Source: the human T2T-CHM13v2.0 reference genome, Homo sapiens | NCBI RefSeq assembly: GCF_009914755.1 | Contig: NC_060934.1 | Reading direction: 5' to 3' (one strand) | DNA: 64,000 nt | In this document: positions 1 through 34,068 of the stretch, piece after piece | Position numbering within the stretch: the first letter of the stretch is position 1 | Layout of the letters: every line of letters begins with the position of its first letter | Notes under the pieces: model-generated | What the model saw: the letters and a program-made list of their open reading frames with translations, nothing else | Databases searched by the model: none | Told to the model about the DNA's origin: nothing | Made by a program: the position numbers and the translations under genes

Positions 1-360
1 TTCCCCCACCCCATGCACAATGACCTGGGCGGGGCAGAGATTCCCTTGGGACCTTTCCCTGTTTGCCTGTGTATTGCATTTGGCTGTCTCCTGCCTCTAT
101 CAGTAATTCGGATAAACTCAATTTTGGATGCTTTTAGATTATAGTGTCTCTAGAGTCTTACTGGGTCTCGGACATAAATAGTTTTCCATTTTTTTAATAT
201 ATGGTAGAGGCTTATAATTCACTTCTATTAGTTTATGTCTGGTTTTTGAACAGAATGGACTTTTTGCCTTTGGGTGAGCTTCTTTGAAAAGACACAGAAA
301 CGTGTGTATATGTGTGTGCGTGTGCATCTGTGTCTGCTTGTAGAAAATTTCTTACTTCCA

Positions 361-492
361 GCTGAGCGCAGTGGCTCACGCGTGTAATTCAGTACTCTGG
401 GAGGCTGAGGCAGGAGGATCGCTTGAGCCCAGGAGTTCGTGACCAGCCTGGACAACATAGTGAGACCCTGGCTCCACAAAACATTAAAAAAG
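361..492 (+). mobile_element. Alu monomer (FLAM-like)
   Basis: Alu left-arm consensus with short A tail. Confidence 0.8.
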
Positions 493-1649
493 GTAGACAA
501 TTTCCCACTTTTCTTGTCTGTCAGTTTGTCGTATCCAGAGTGCCCTGTTGCTGAGCTCACCGCCTGGCAGCCTCGGTAAACTCTGCCTCCTTGGAGGGCA
601 GCTCTACTCCTCTTTCTGCATATGTACTAAATTCTTCTCAGAGAAGTTTTATGTGAAGGAGTTGTGATTTCCAAAAACTCTCTGGCTGGATGTGTTTTTT
701 GACTGTTGTGTGTCATCGTTTGAGTCCCTGCAGTATGCACACAGCTCTGCCAGGTGCCGCAGAGCAGGAAACAAATGGCCTTGCCCGGCACCTTGCCTCT
801 GCCCAGCGTGTAGAGGAGAGAAGTGATTGGGTCGGTAATGGTAGGAAACGAACTCGTTGCCAGAGTAGGGGTGCGTTGAAATGGGTGAACTTGCCGAGTC
901 AGGGTAGCAGAGCGCTGGCTACAGCGAGTTCATGAAGGACTGGGAGGAGAGGGTGTGGTGACCACGAGTCCAAAGAGCTGCCTAGCTTGGGTCATCCCGC
1001 TCCAGGTGGTCTCTGCTGGAAGCAGTGGCTTCTTCCACTGCAGGGGGTGTCTTTGACGGGGAGATTATGGCTGTTCTCTTTTGGGTTCTTCTGTTTTTCA
1101 TGAAATAAGCAGATTCATTAATGGGAAGTGGGGTGAGTGGCTGGGGTGCTGGAAGTTTGAGGGGAGAGGAGAGGTGTGAGACAGTCATTTTGAGGAGGGA
1201 GGAGCCGTGGTCTGGGAGCATCAAATGAAGGAAGGAGAAACTCTCCCCCCGGGGAGTGGGGTGTGAGACAACAGAGAGCCCCCATGGAGAGGGCCTGGGA
1301 GAAGCTGCTGTCAGGGATTGCAAGTTTCAGACTAAGAGGATGAATGGAGCCTTCAGAGAGGGCGGGTGCGCGGGTCGGACGGGTGCGCGGGTTGGAGTAC
1401 AGGAGGCCCAGAGCTTGGCGGCGGTGAGAGTCCGAGTGAAGACGGATAGCTGCTTGGGCCTGAAGTCAGCGGGATGATGTTTGCTGCAGAATGGAATACC
1501 TGCAGAGGGCACAGGTCCCAGATATGCAGTACTGACTGTCGCCCAGCAAAGACCCCCAGTAAATACCCAGCCCCACTAGGAGCACGTTGCCAGGACGCCA
1601 GGCCCTCCCTCCCTCCGGGGCAGCTCCTACCCCAGCTGGCATCGCACAT

Positions 1650-2030
1650 CGGACACCCCGTTCTTGAATGTGGTATAAGTGGAATTGCACCCTAAGTCCT
1701 CTGCAGTGTTTGGCTTTCTGTAACTAACCTGGGGTGTTACGCGATGGTCATTTGTTTTCATTGCTGTGTGATGTTCTGTTGTATGAATATGCCACAGTTT
1801 ATGCATCTTTTCTACTCTTGACGGACATTTGAGTTGATTCTTTTGTGAACGTGCTGTGAACATTCTCGTAAGTGGTTCAGTGATGCACATATGTAGTTCT
1901 GGGGGCTGTGTGTCTGGAGTGGAGTTTCTGGGTCACGGGATATGCATGTTTCACCTTAGTGGATATTGTCCGATGGTTTTCAGAGTTGCTGTACCCATGT
2001 TTGCTCCAGGAGCTGTCTACGAGAGCTGCC
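1650..2030 (-). mobile_element. Old L1M 3' fragment
   Basis: Motifs ggacatttgagttg, gctgtgaacatt and gtggagtttctgggtca, typical of antisense L1ME/MC. Confidence 0.55.
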
Positions 2031-4089
2031 GTGGATACCTGGAAAAGTCAGTCTCATTTCAGCTGGTGTGTGAGTGTGACATTGCAGGGTGGCTTGTACT
2101 GACCCTTCCCTGACAGCTAGGGAGGGTGGACACCAGTTCATCTGCCTACTAGCCTAGGGTCCGATTTGCTAGTGCCTCCGGTAGGGCGCTAGTTTTCCTT
2201 ATAACCACCTCCTGGGCTGCTAGGCCACCTCAGTTCCTGGTGGCCAGGTGGAGACCATCAGGAAGGGGCAGTGGCCTCGCGAGCAGCACCTGGTCTGTGG
2301 TTATGTGCCAGGAAGTGTGTTTAAATGACCCACTCCAGAACTAGCCGAAGAGGACCTGCGGGAAACTTTCACATCATGTCTGTCAGGGATCCCTTTTGTT
2401 TTGACAATGACTCAGTAATTTTAGGTGATGCGTTTTAAGTACTGTATCTTTTTTGGTAATAGACTGATTGTGGTACTTGGGTATTGACAGGGTTTTTTCA
2501 GGCTGGTAATGTTATCTTTATGCTTTTCAAGAGCTTCCTCCCGCTGCTTTCTGGACATTGGGCTCTGAGGCTTAGGAGAGGAAATGGGGGAACCCCTTGA
2601 AGGCTGCGGCAACCCTCCAGCAGAGGTGGTGGGTGCCGTGGGCGGAGGCTGGCGGCAGTGAAGATCCAGAGAAGTAGAGAAGTGAAATAGTCACATTTTT
2701 ATTTTGTTTTGAAAAACCTAGTGGGTTTTCAAAAACTATTAAGTTAGGAAAAGTCTCAGGATATGAGCCATGCAGCCAGCAGGCCTCCAAATGGCCGTCC
2801 AGGCAGGGGAGACGGGTCAGACGGGTCAGGAGACATTGTCTCTCGGGACAAGAAGAGCTGAGAGCTGATCTGATGCATTCATATTTGACATACCAGTTAA
2901 AGGAAGTAGTTAGAAATGATGTACGTATAAAAGAAAAGTAGAATAATAATACAACAGGCGCCTCTGTCCTCAACCCCAGAACTCACGCCTGGAGTTGTTT
3001 GTCTGCCTTCGTTGTGTTTCTCTCCAGATGCAGTTTCTGGATCTCCTGAAGGCTGATGACCCCAGACGGCCTTGTCATTGCCCCCTGTACTACCTCGGAA
3101 ATCTTGGTTTCAGGCACCCCCTTGGATTTCTGTCTCTTGTGCTTCCCGCAGAGTGGCCCTGCTCAGGCGCCCCCTCCTGATCCTCTGAGCCTCTGCCTCC
3201 TCCCAGCCACTGGGCAGGCTGGAAATGTTATCATGGGAATGGGCAGGCTGGAAATGCCATCGTGGGAACTGTGCTGGGTGGTCTGGTGTTGCCCTTAGTG
3301 TTTCGTTCACTAAAGCGTAAGCCGTGTGAAGACGGGCTTTGTGTTGTCTTGAGGCCACCCACGCAGTGCTTGGTTTAGAGCCACTCAGATGTAGGAGCAG
3401 CTTAAAAAGATAAGCTGCTGGCCTCAGGTGTGAAGTGGGCGTGGATACTGGGAGGCAGGCCTGCATTTCTCAAGACTCGTCACTCTTCTCTCTTCTGAGG
3501 GGACTTCCGCCATAGGCTCTCCACATCGCCCGTGTCCTCTCTTTCACTCCTAGCAGGTGACCCTCCCTCATGCCTCGTGGAAACAGTGCAGCCTGAGGGG
3601 CTGTGCTCTGCCCGCCACACCTGCCCGCTCCATTCTCACAGCAGCTCCCGGCTGTGCTCCGTGCCTCCCTCCCCGCCACCACCGGCAGCTGACTCTCCCT
3701 GGGGCACATGGTCCTGACTTCTAGGGCATGTTTTACAGATCCCACTGACTCCGTTTCCCCTTCCCCATCCACAGCTCCTTAGTCTGCTTCCTCATAGCAC
3801 CCGAATGTCCTTTAAACCTGGGACCTCATTCCTCGTCACCTGCCCCTCCTCTCTTGCCACCTGAGGCCGCCCCGGTTGTAACTCCTGTGCTGGGACTGCT
3901 CACTTTTCATTCCGTGGTTTCGAACCGTCAGTGCCAACCTCCTGTATGGCAACCGATGATTCCGCCTTTTACTGATACCACCTTCAGCCCACGTGTATCC
4001 CCACTCCCCACAAAAAAAGAGGTTGAAAGAGATCTATTGCAAGTTTTTGTTACATAGTATTCCGTTAACAGGTAAATATTGTGTATTAC

Positions 4090-4900
4090 TGAACTGTGCC
4101 TTTTCTTTTTCACACAAGTTTTCACTTTCCTAGGTCTAATGATTGCCTGATTTTCTCATATGCTTAGTTATCTGTGTCTTTAGTGCATTTTTTTTTTTAG
4201 CAAACACTTCAACAGGTCTATCAAATACCAACACATCAGATCAGCTCTCAGCTCTTCTTGTCCCCAGACCAGTCTCCCTGGCCTGAACGGCCACTCTGAG
4301 GCCTGCTGGCCGCCTGGCTCATGTCCTGAGATTCTCCTCACCATTTTTTGGAAGTCAGATCTGCCATCTTCCTTCTCTTGGCTTTTTCTCTCATTTTGCC
4401 AAATTGCCTCTCGCAGCAGTTTCCTGAGAAAGCATTTGTTTGTTTTGGCTCTTTGCATATTCGAAAACATTTTTACTGCTCCCTCAGATTTGATTGAAAA
4501 CTTGACTAGGTCTAGCATTTCAGGTTGAAAATTGTTTTCTCCCAGAATTTTGAGGGTAGTTTGAGGTTTCATCCACCATGTTTCCTGCAACCTGTGTGAT
4601 GCCATCTGACTCCCTTCCTCTCCGCATGTGACCTGTTCATTTGCTCTGGAAATTTTTAGAATCTCCTTTTTATCCCTGGTGTTGAGATGTGCGCGGCCTG
4701 GGTCTGCCATCAGCCATGCGGGGCCTCTGAGCCTGGGAACGGGGCCTTGGATGCTTCTGCCTTGCTTTCTCTGTTGTGTTTCTAGAAATCGTCAGCTGGG
4801 AGGTGGGCCACCGAAACTGATCCTCTGATTGTCTTATCCTTCCTGTCATCCATGTCTTTCTTTCCACTCTGCCCTTTGGAGGAGATCTGAAGGTTTTGAT
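4090..4900 (-). mobile_element. Old L1 fragment with ORF1p C-terminal remnant
   Basis: ORF 4180-4710 includes KKEILKISR..QVT..WW..LKILGENNFQPEML..KFSIKSEG.VKMFSNMQ, which resembles the L1 ORF1p RRM/CTD. Confidence 0.7.
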
Positions 4901-5227
4901 GATTACTGTTGCCCTTTGGATTTCACATGGCACTTTCTCCTCCTCTTTCCTTCTTTAGCATATTCTTCCTCTCCTGGGGGCCCCACTGGGTGTCCTGGCT
5001 GAGACCAGCCCAGGTGTCCTGCCCCACTCACCCGCAGGGGCTTGCTACCTTGAGCACGCAGGGTCCCACGTCCAGCATCCCTCTCCTCTCCCCTCCATCA
5101 GGCGGGGATGATGATAGCCCTGCTTCCTGGGGCTCTTAGAGGCCTGGCTACGTTAGTACAGGGCTTGTGCGTGGTTAGGATAGCACCTGGCTCCTAGTAA
5201 GCACTCAGCCAAACCCTGGTACTGTAG

Positions 5228-5630
<403 letters not shown>

Positions 5631-6358
5631 TGACTTCTTGAGGCTCTGCAGGTCGTGGCTGTTGGTTTCTATTTCTGAGTGTAGCGAGGCTGCTGTTTCT
5701 GTGGGCCTGGGCTTTTCAGCTGGCAGCTTCACTGTGGTTGGCCATGTCCTTGTAAAACCCAAATGTTTGAATATTGAGGCCCTTTCCCCAGGGCTGGAGT
5801 ATTTCGGAGGGCACCCCTGGGGATGGCGGCCGGTAGCCAGTGTCTGAGGAACAAGAAACTGTGTGCTCCCACCTGGCAGGGTGAATGGGGGGCGACCTGG
5901 GGACCAAGCAGCTCTGTGAAGACTTTCTGCATCTCTGTGCCAGCCCCTTGCTGCCCCCACGTTTGTTAAAGCTGCTCACATAGATGCTTTTTCTGCTTTC
6001 TTCTGAAACCTGGGCGGGGGTGGGAGGGTAAAGGAGATGAACACACACGCATGGCCCACCATGTTCGGCGGGAGGTCTGAGAGGACTCGGGGTGGCTGCG
6101 GACACTTTGCGGATTTGATGGGACCCGGATGTTGAATGAGGATTGCACAGCCAGACAGCCAGCTGGCAGCAGTGCCACGACAGGTGGAGTGTGACATGGC
6201 AGTGGGGCCTGTCTGGCTGAGAAGAGACCCGATGTCTCCATGGGATGGCCAGGAGGTGCCAGGCTGTACCGTGGGCAGAAGCACTCCCCTACCCCAGCAG
6301 GGAAATGGAGGCAGAACGCAGCCATGGTGAAGTTTATGGTAGTTTAAAATACCTAACT

Positions 6359-6647
6359 CACTTTGGGAAGCTGAGGCAAGTTGATCACTTGAGACTGAAG
6401 CGGGCTGATGACGTGAGGCCAGGAATTCGAGACAATTCTGGTCAACATGGCAAAACCCTGTCTCTACTAAAAATACAAAAATTAGCTGGGTGTGGTGGTG
6501 CACGCCTGTAATCCCGGCGACGCAGGAGGCTGAGACATGAGAATCACTTGCACCCTGGAGATGGAGGTTGCGGTGAGCCAAGATCGCGCCACTGTACTCC
6601 AGCCTGTCTCAAAAAAAAAAAAAAAAAAAAAAAAACACAAAAAAAAC
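6359..6647 (+). mobile_element. Alu, 5'-truncated and internally rearranged
   Basis: Alu consensus with long poly(A); short duplication near 6380-6420 and a deletion before the tail. Confidence 0.88.
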
Positions 6648-8422
6648 CTAACTTGGTGCCTTTAGTACCATATTTATGCCTTCAGCATCAGTCTGGTTTT
6701 TAAAAACTGTCTCCATCAGATTAATTTGATGTTGATAATTTAAACGTTGTTGGTTTTGTAATTTTGTGTATTTAGTTTGGGTTTAGAGATTGAGCACTGC
6801 AGTGTTTCTAATTTTAGGTTCACGCGTGTTTGTGTAGCTTAATGAAACTTCCCAGCACCGACAGTTACAGGAGTTTCTCTTTTAAAAGACTCAGTCCATT
6901 ATAATTAAGTTTGAAAATCACTGACAGAGCTAGAATACCATTAATTATGTAATTTTATACACCCTCTGGGTATAAATGACATAGATTTAGACCTTTTTAA
7001 TCCAATACATAATATTTTAGTTTCATTTAAGCAAGTTAGGTTATTTTCAGTAATTTAATAGTGACGCTTCTAAGAAACAACCTAATCCTTCTTCCAAAGT
7101 CTGAAGATTTTGAAAAGAAAGAACTCCCAGGCCAGGGATTCCCGTGTGAGGCCAGCGAACAGTGCCAGCCGCGGGAGCTTGCTGTGTAGATGTTGGTGGA
7201 AATCCTTCACTAACACGATTAAAACGCCTTTGCAGACCTGTCAGAATTGCATTCTAGCCACTTTTGGAGGGAGCTGTTTGAGTCACTTCAGCTTTAGGGC
7301 CCATTTCTTCTTAGTAGGTTGTTTACAATAGCCATTTAGTTGTTTTTTTACTTCCTACTATAAACGTACCGTGGGCCCTGGGTGTGCCCAGGTCACTGCG
7401 AGCCCTTGAGTTGGTGCCCAGCAGGGAGGCGAGCTTGTAGTGTTCTAGCTGTTCCTGAGACTCCCCCACACTGCAGGGTAAGGCGAGGAGTCCCACTGTG
7501 GCCATAGGACAAGCTCTGATGGCCCCTCGGGAGGCCACGCCAGGCCTTATCCTCAGTCCGCACGCGACACAGCAGCACTGCGGAGAAGCCAGCCTCCTCC
7601 AGAGTCTGTCATGGAACTCCCCCTGAAAACAGAAAATCTTTGTCCAAGTCACAGACCTGGGATTTTTTTTTTTTAATTTAATAGTTGGTCATAAATCCAG
7701 ACACTCCCTTCCCAACCCGAAGGGTTAGCCTCAGGACACCTGAGGACTTTCTCACTGCTTAGTGGTGGTGTTCCTTCTGCCCCGGGGTCTTGGCCTCTGT
7801 TGAGCTGGTGTCTGGGGTCTTTGTTATGCTGTCAGAGATCTCAAGGCCTCCCTGACAGTTGTCTCACTTGGTAATGATGTCATCATTATCAGTGGTGGTA
7901 ACTGTATCCAGACAATGACATGGAACTTCTACTGTCTAGAATATTACATTGTACAGAAGCCAACAAAAGTTATTGCATAGAATATTAACAACATTTTTAT
8001 TACTATTATATAAGAATCAGATTTATTTTAAAAGTTAACATTAGGTATGCATTATAAAATTAGGCAACATTCTTCAGGACCCATTTTTTTCCTCTATTTT
8101 TTTCTTTTACAGATGAATTTTCTAAATTTCTACCCTTTATCCTTTTATCAAGACAACCTAGTCTAGATAAATCCTGGTGCTCCAGGGGCCCAGGCATGGG
8201 GGTGGAGTAAAACTCGCCCATTCACCTGTGCCGGCAGGTTCTCTGCACCAGAACCAATAAGTGGCCACTTGGTAATTACAAGTTTGCCAAGACAGTTTTG
8301 CTTTAGTCTCGGAGAAAGTTGTATATGTTTATCGTCCTTTTGCTCTTTTTTATTAATTTTTTGGTATTGTGACTCCTCCCCAAAACCGCATCCGGTAAAT
8401 CGCTTCTGTATTTTGTTGACAG

Positions 8423-29957
<21,535 letters not shown>

Positions 29958-30217
29958 AGACGCGAACGTGACGACCAAGTCTTGTCTTGCATAGTTAAGC
30001 CGGACATTTTTCTGTCAGAGAAAAGGCATCATTGTCCGCTCCATTAAGAACAGTGACGCACCTGCTACTTCCCTTCACAGACACAGGAGAAAGCCGCCTC
30101 CGCTGGAGGCCCGGTGTGGTTCCGCCTCGGCGAGGCGCGAGACAGGCGCTGCTGCTCACGTGGAGACGCTCTCGAAGCAGAGTTGACGGACACTGCTCCC
30201 AAAAGGTCATTACTCAG

Positions 30218-30223
30218 AATAAA
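30218..30223 (+). terminator. Candidate proximal polyadenylation signal of PPP2R2D
   Basis: AATAAA about 260 nt after the stop codon. Confidence 0.45.
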
Positions 30224-30505
30224 TGTATTTATTTCAGTCCGAGCCTTCCTTTCCAATTTATAGACCAAAAAATTAACATCCAAGAGAAAAGTTATTGTCA
30301 GATACCGCTCTTTCTCCAACTTTCCCTCTTTCTCTGCGATCACACTTGGGCCTTCACTGCAGCGTGGTGTGGCCACCGTCCGTGTCCTCTCGGCCTTCCT
30401 CCGAGTCCAGGTGGACTCTGTGGATGTGTGGATGTGGCCCGAGCAGGCTCAGGCGGCCCCACTCACCCACAGCATCCGCCGCCACCCCTTCGGGTGTGAG
30501 CGCTC

Positions 30506-30511
30506 AATAAA
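30506..30511 (+). terminator. Candidate middle polyadenylation signal of PPP2R2D
   Basis: AATAAA followed by GT/T-rich sequence (gtgttttt, tgtctttttatt). Confidence 0.65.
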
Positions 30512-31149
30512 AACAACACACTATAAAGTGTTTTTAAATCCAAACAGAAGTATTGTCTTTTTATTTAATTTTATTGCATAGAATGAAGTTATGCAGGGTT
30601 CTTCTTTGGAACTAACTGTTTGAGAAATGTGTGTCCTTCTTTGGCAGCGTGGGGGTATGTGTGCAGCATTTCTGTCCCCAAGCTGCTGCCTGCTGTGTTT
30701 CTGTAGAAGTAGCCCATCGGATACACCAGGTAAGGTCTGGGAAAAGCCAGAACCGAGGCCACCTCTGAGAAAGAAAATTGGAAGGAAGAACCAAAATTGC
30801 TGCCATCCAGTAAGCCTGGTTTAAAGTAGCTTCAAATTCACTACAGTTGAAGAAATACGTGCTTGCTTTCTAAGGCTTTTGAAAAAGCACTTTGGGGAAA
30901 GTATACTTTTTAAACATTGCTAAAATTACATGCATGCTAAATTTCATCCTGCATTTCAAGCCAGCAAAATTAAGCAATTTTAATTACACGATGCCACCAG
31001 TACGTTGGTTTATTTTCAAAGTAGGATCTTTGATACCAGAAATCAAGATTTTCCAAGACAAATAATACAGAGCTGTACCAATGCTGAGTGACCAGAGCTT
31101 GCTTCCGTGGGATTTAACACACGCCCACTACGTGTCCCCGAGGGGAGTG

Positions 31150-33785
31150 GGGAGTCGGGCTCCCGTGCCCCTGTGGAGATGGAGGTGTGTGCTGATCCCC
31201 CGTCCGCCTGTGGAGATGAAGGTGTGTGTTGATTCCTCCTGCTGCTGTGGAGATGGAGGTGTGTGCTGATCCCCCGTCACCCTGTCTAGATGAAGGTATG
31301 TGCTGATTGCCTGTGCCCCTGTGGAGAAGGAGGTGTGTGCTGATCCCCTGTGCCCTGTGGAGATGGAGGTGTGTGCTGCTCCCTCGTGCCCCTGTGGAGA
31401 TGGAGGTGTGTGCTGATCCCCCATCCCATCCCCCTGTCTAGATGAAGGTGTGTGCTGATTCCTCATGCCCCTGTCTGGATGAAGGTGTGTGCTGATCCCC
31501 CGTCCCCCTGTGGAGATGAAGGTGTGTGCTGATCCCCCGTGCCCCTGTGGAGATGAAGGTGCGTGCTGATCCCCCATCTCCCTGTGGAGATGAAGGTGTG
31601 TGCTGATCCCCATCCCCCTGTGGAGATGAAGGGATATGCTGATCCCCTGTCCCACTGTGGAGATGAAGGGGTGTGCTGATCCCCCATCCCCCTGTGGAGA
31701 TGAAGGTGTGTGCTGATCCCCCATCTCCCTGTGGAGATGAAGGGGTGTGCCAATCCCCCGTGCCCCTGTGGAGATGGAGGCGTGTGCTGATCCCCATCCC
31801 CCTGTGGAGATGAAGGTGTGTGCTGATCCCCCATCCCCATGTGGAGATGAAGGGGTGTGTTGATCCCCTGTCCCCCTGTGGAGATGGTGTGTGCTGATCC
31901 CCATCCCCCTGTGGAGATGAAGGTGTGTGCTGATCCCCCATCTCCCTGTGAAGATGAAGGGGTGTGCTGATCCCCCGTGCCCCTGTGGACATGGAGGCGT
32001 GTGCTGATCCCCCGTCCCCCTGTGGAGATGAAGGTGTGTGCTGATCCCCCATCCCCATGTGGAGATGAAGGGGTATGTTGATCCCCCGTCCCCCTGTGGA
32101 GATGAAGGTGTGTGCTGATCCCCGTCCCCCTGTGGAGATGAAGGGGTGTGCTGATCCCCCATGCCCTGTGGAGATGGAGGTGTGTGCTGATCCCTCGTGC
32201 CCCTGTGGAGATAGAGGTGTGTACTGATCCCCTGTTCCCCTATCTAGATGAAGGTGTGTACTGCTGATCCCCCGTCCCCCTGTGGAGATGAAGGTGTGTG
32301 CTGATCCCCCATCCCCCTGTGGAGATGAAGGGGTGTGCTGATCCCCCGTCTTCCTGTGGAGATGAAGGTGTGTGCTGATTCCTCGTGCCCCTGTGGAGAT
32401 GGAGGTGTGTGCTGATCCCCCATCCCCCTGTGGGGATGAAGGTGTGTGCTGATCCCCCATCCCCCTGTGGAGATGAAGGGGTATGCTGATCCCCCGTCCC
32501 CCTGTGGAGATAAAGGTGTGTGCTGATCCCCCATCCCCCTGTGGAGATGAAGGGGTATGCTGATCCCCTGTCCCCCTGTGGGGATGAAGGTGTGTGCTGA
32601 TCTCTTGTCCCCCTGTGGAGATGGAGGTGTGTGCTGATCCCCCATCCCCCTGTGGAGATGAAGATGTGTGCTGATCCCCCGTCCTCCTGTGGAGATGAAG
32701 GTGTGTGCTGCTTCCTCGTGCCCCTGTGGAGATGGAGGTGTGTGCTGGTCCCCCGTCCCCCTGTGGAGATGGAGGTGTGTGCTGATCCCCCGTCCCCCTG
32801 TGGAGATGGAGGTGTGTGCTGATCCCCCATCCCCCTGTGGAGATGAAGGCGTGTGCTGATCCGCCATCCCACTGTGGAGATGAAGGCGTGTGCTGATCCC
32901 CCATCCCCCTGTGGAGATGAAGGTGTGTGCTGATCCCCCATCCCCCTGTGGAGATGAAGGCGTGTGCTGATCCGCCATCCCACTGTGGAGAAGAAGGCGT
33001 GTGCTGATCCCCCATCCCCCTGTGGAGATGAAGGCGTGTGCTGATCCCCCATCCCCCTGTGGAGATGAAGGTGTGTGCTGCTTCCTCGTGCCCCTGTGGA
33101 GATGGAGGTGTGTGCTGGTCCCCCGTCCCCCTGTGGAGATGGAGGTGTGTGCTGATCCCCCATCCCCCTGTGGAGATGAAGACGTGTGCTGATCCCCCGT
33201 CCCCCTGTGGAGATGAAGGCGTGTGCTGATCCGCCGTCCCCCTGTGGAGATGAAGGCGTGTGCTGATCCGCCATCCCCCTGTGGAGATGAAGGCGTGTGC
33301 TCATCCCCCATCCCCCTGTGGAGATGAAGGCGTGTGCTGATCCGCCATCCCACTGTGGAGATGAAGGTGTGTGCTGATCCCCCATCCCCCTGTGGAGATG
33401 AAGGTGTGTGCTGATCCCCCATCCCCCTGTGGAGATGAAGGTGTGTGCTGATCCCCCGTCCTCCTGTGGAGATGAAGGCGTGTGCTGATCCCCCGTCCCC
33501 CTGTGGAGATGAAGGCGTGTGCTGATCCGCCGTCCCCCTGTGGAGATGAAGGCGTGTGCTGATCCCCCATCCCCCTGTGGAGATGAAGGCGTGTGCTCAT
33601 CCCCCATCCCCCTGTGGAGATGAAGGCGTGTGCTGATCCGCCATCCCACTGTGGAGATGAAGGTGTGTGCTGATCCCCCATCCCCCTGTGGAGATGAAGG
33701 CGTATGCTGATCCCCGGTCCCCCTGTGGAGATGAAGGTGTGTGCTGATCCCCCATCCCCCTGTGGAGATGAAGGTGTGTGCTGAT
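31150..33785. repeat. VNTR, 37-bp unit CCCCTGTGGAGATGAAGGTGTGTGCTGATCCCCCATC, about 70 copies, in the PPP2R2D 3' region
   Basis: Direct reading; lies between the AATAAA sites at 30506 and 34063. Confidence 0.97.
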
Positions 33786-34062
33786 TACTAATCCACATGG
33801 GCAAGAACAGGATGTCCGTCATTACCCTGAATCAATGCTAACACAGTGCCACTTGAGTTCACATTAAGTTAGAAATTGAGAATCTAAAGGTACCTTTATT
33901 TTAACTAAAAAATAATTTATATACTGTATATTGATTGTGACACAATTTACAAAGTCTGAGGTGTGGAACAGTTATTTAAGCATTAGTCAACCCTGGTCCT
34001 TAAGACAGTTCTAGTAAAATGGGATTGTATATATTTGTTCAACTATTTTGACCAAAAAGTTC

Positions 34063-34068
34063 AATAAA
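34063..34068 (+). terminator. Candidate distal polyadenylation signal of PPP2R2D (long 3'UTR spanning the VNTR)
   Basis: AATAAA ending an AT-rich UTR-like block (33840-34090) with upstream TGTA elements and a Pumilio-type TGTATATA at 34026-34033. Confidence 0.65.

Noticed and set aside
4180-4710. 176-aa ORF as a possible domesticated gene
   Set aside because: Similarity to L1 ORF1p is patchy and degenerate, and it lies within a larger old L1 fragment.
31128-33822. Long minus-strand ORFs (344-525 aa, GDQHTPSSPQGDGGSAHTFISTGG repeats)
   Set aside because: The 37-nt unit has no minus-strand stops, so all three frames give the same repeat peptide. This is a by-product of the VNTR, and nothing in the sequence supports translation.
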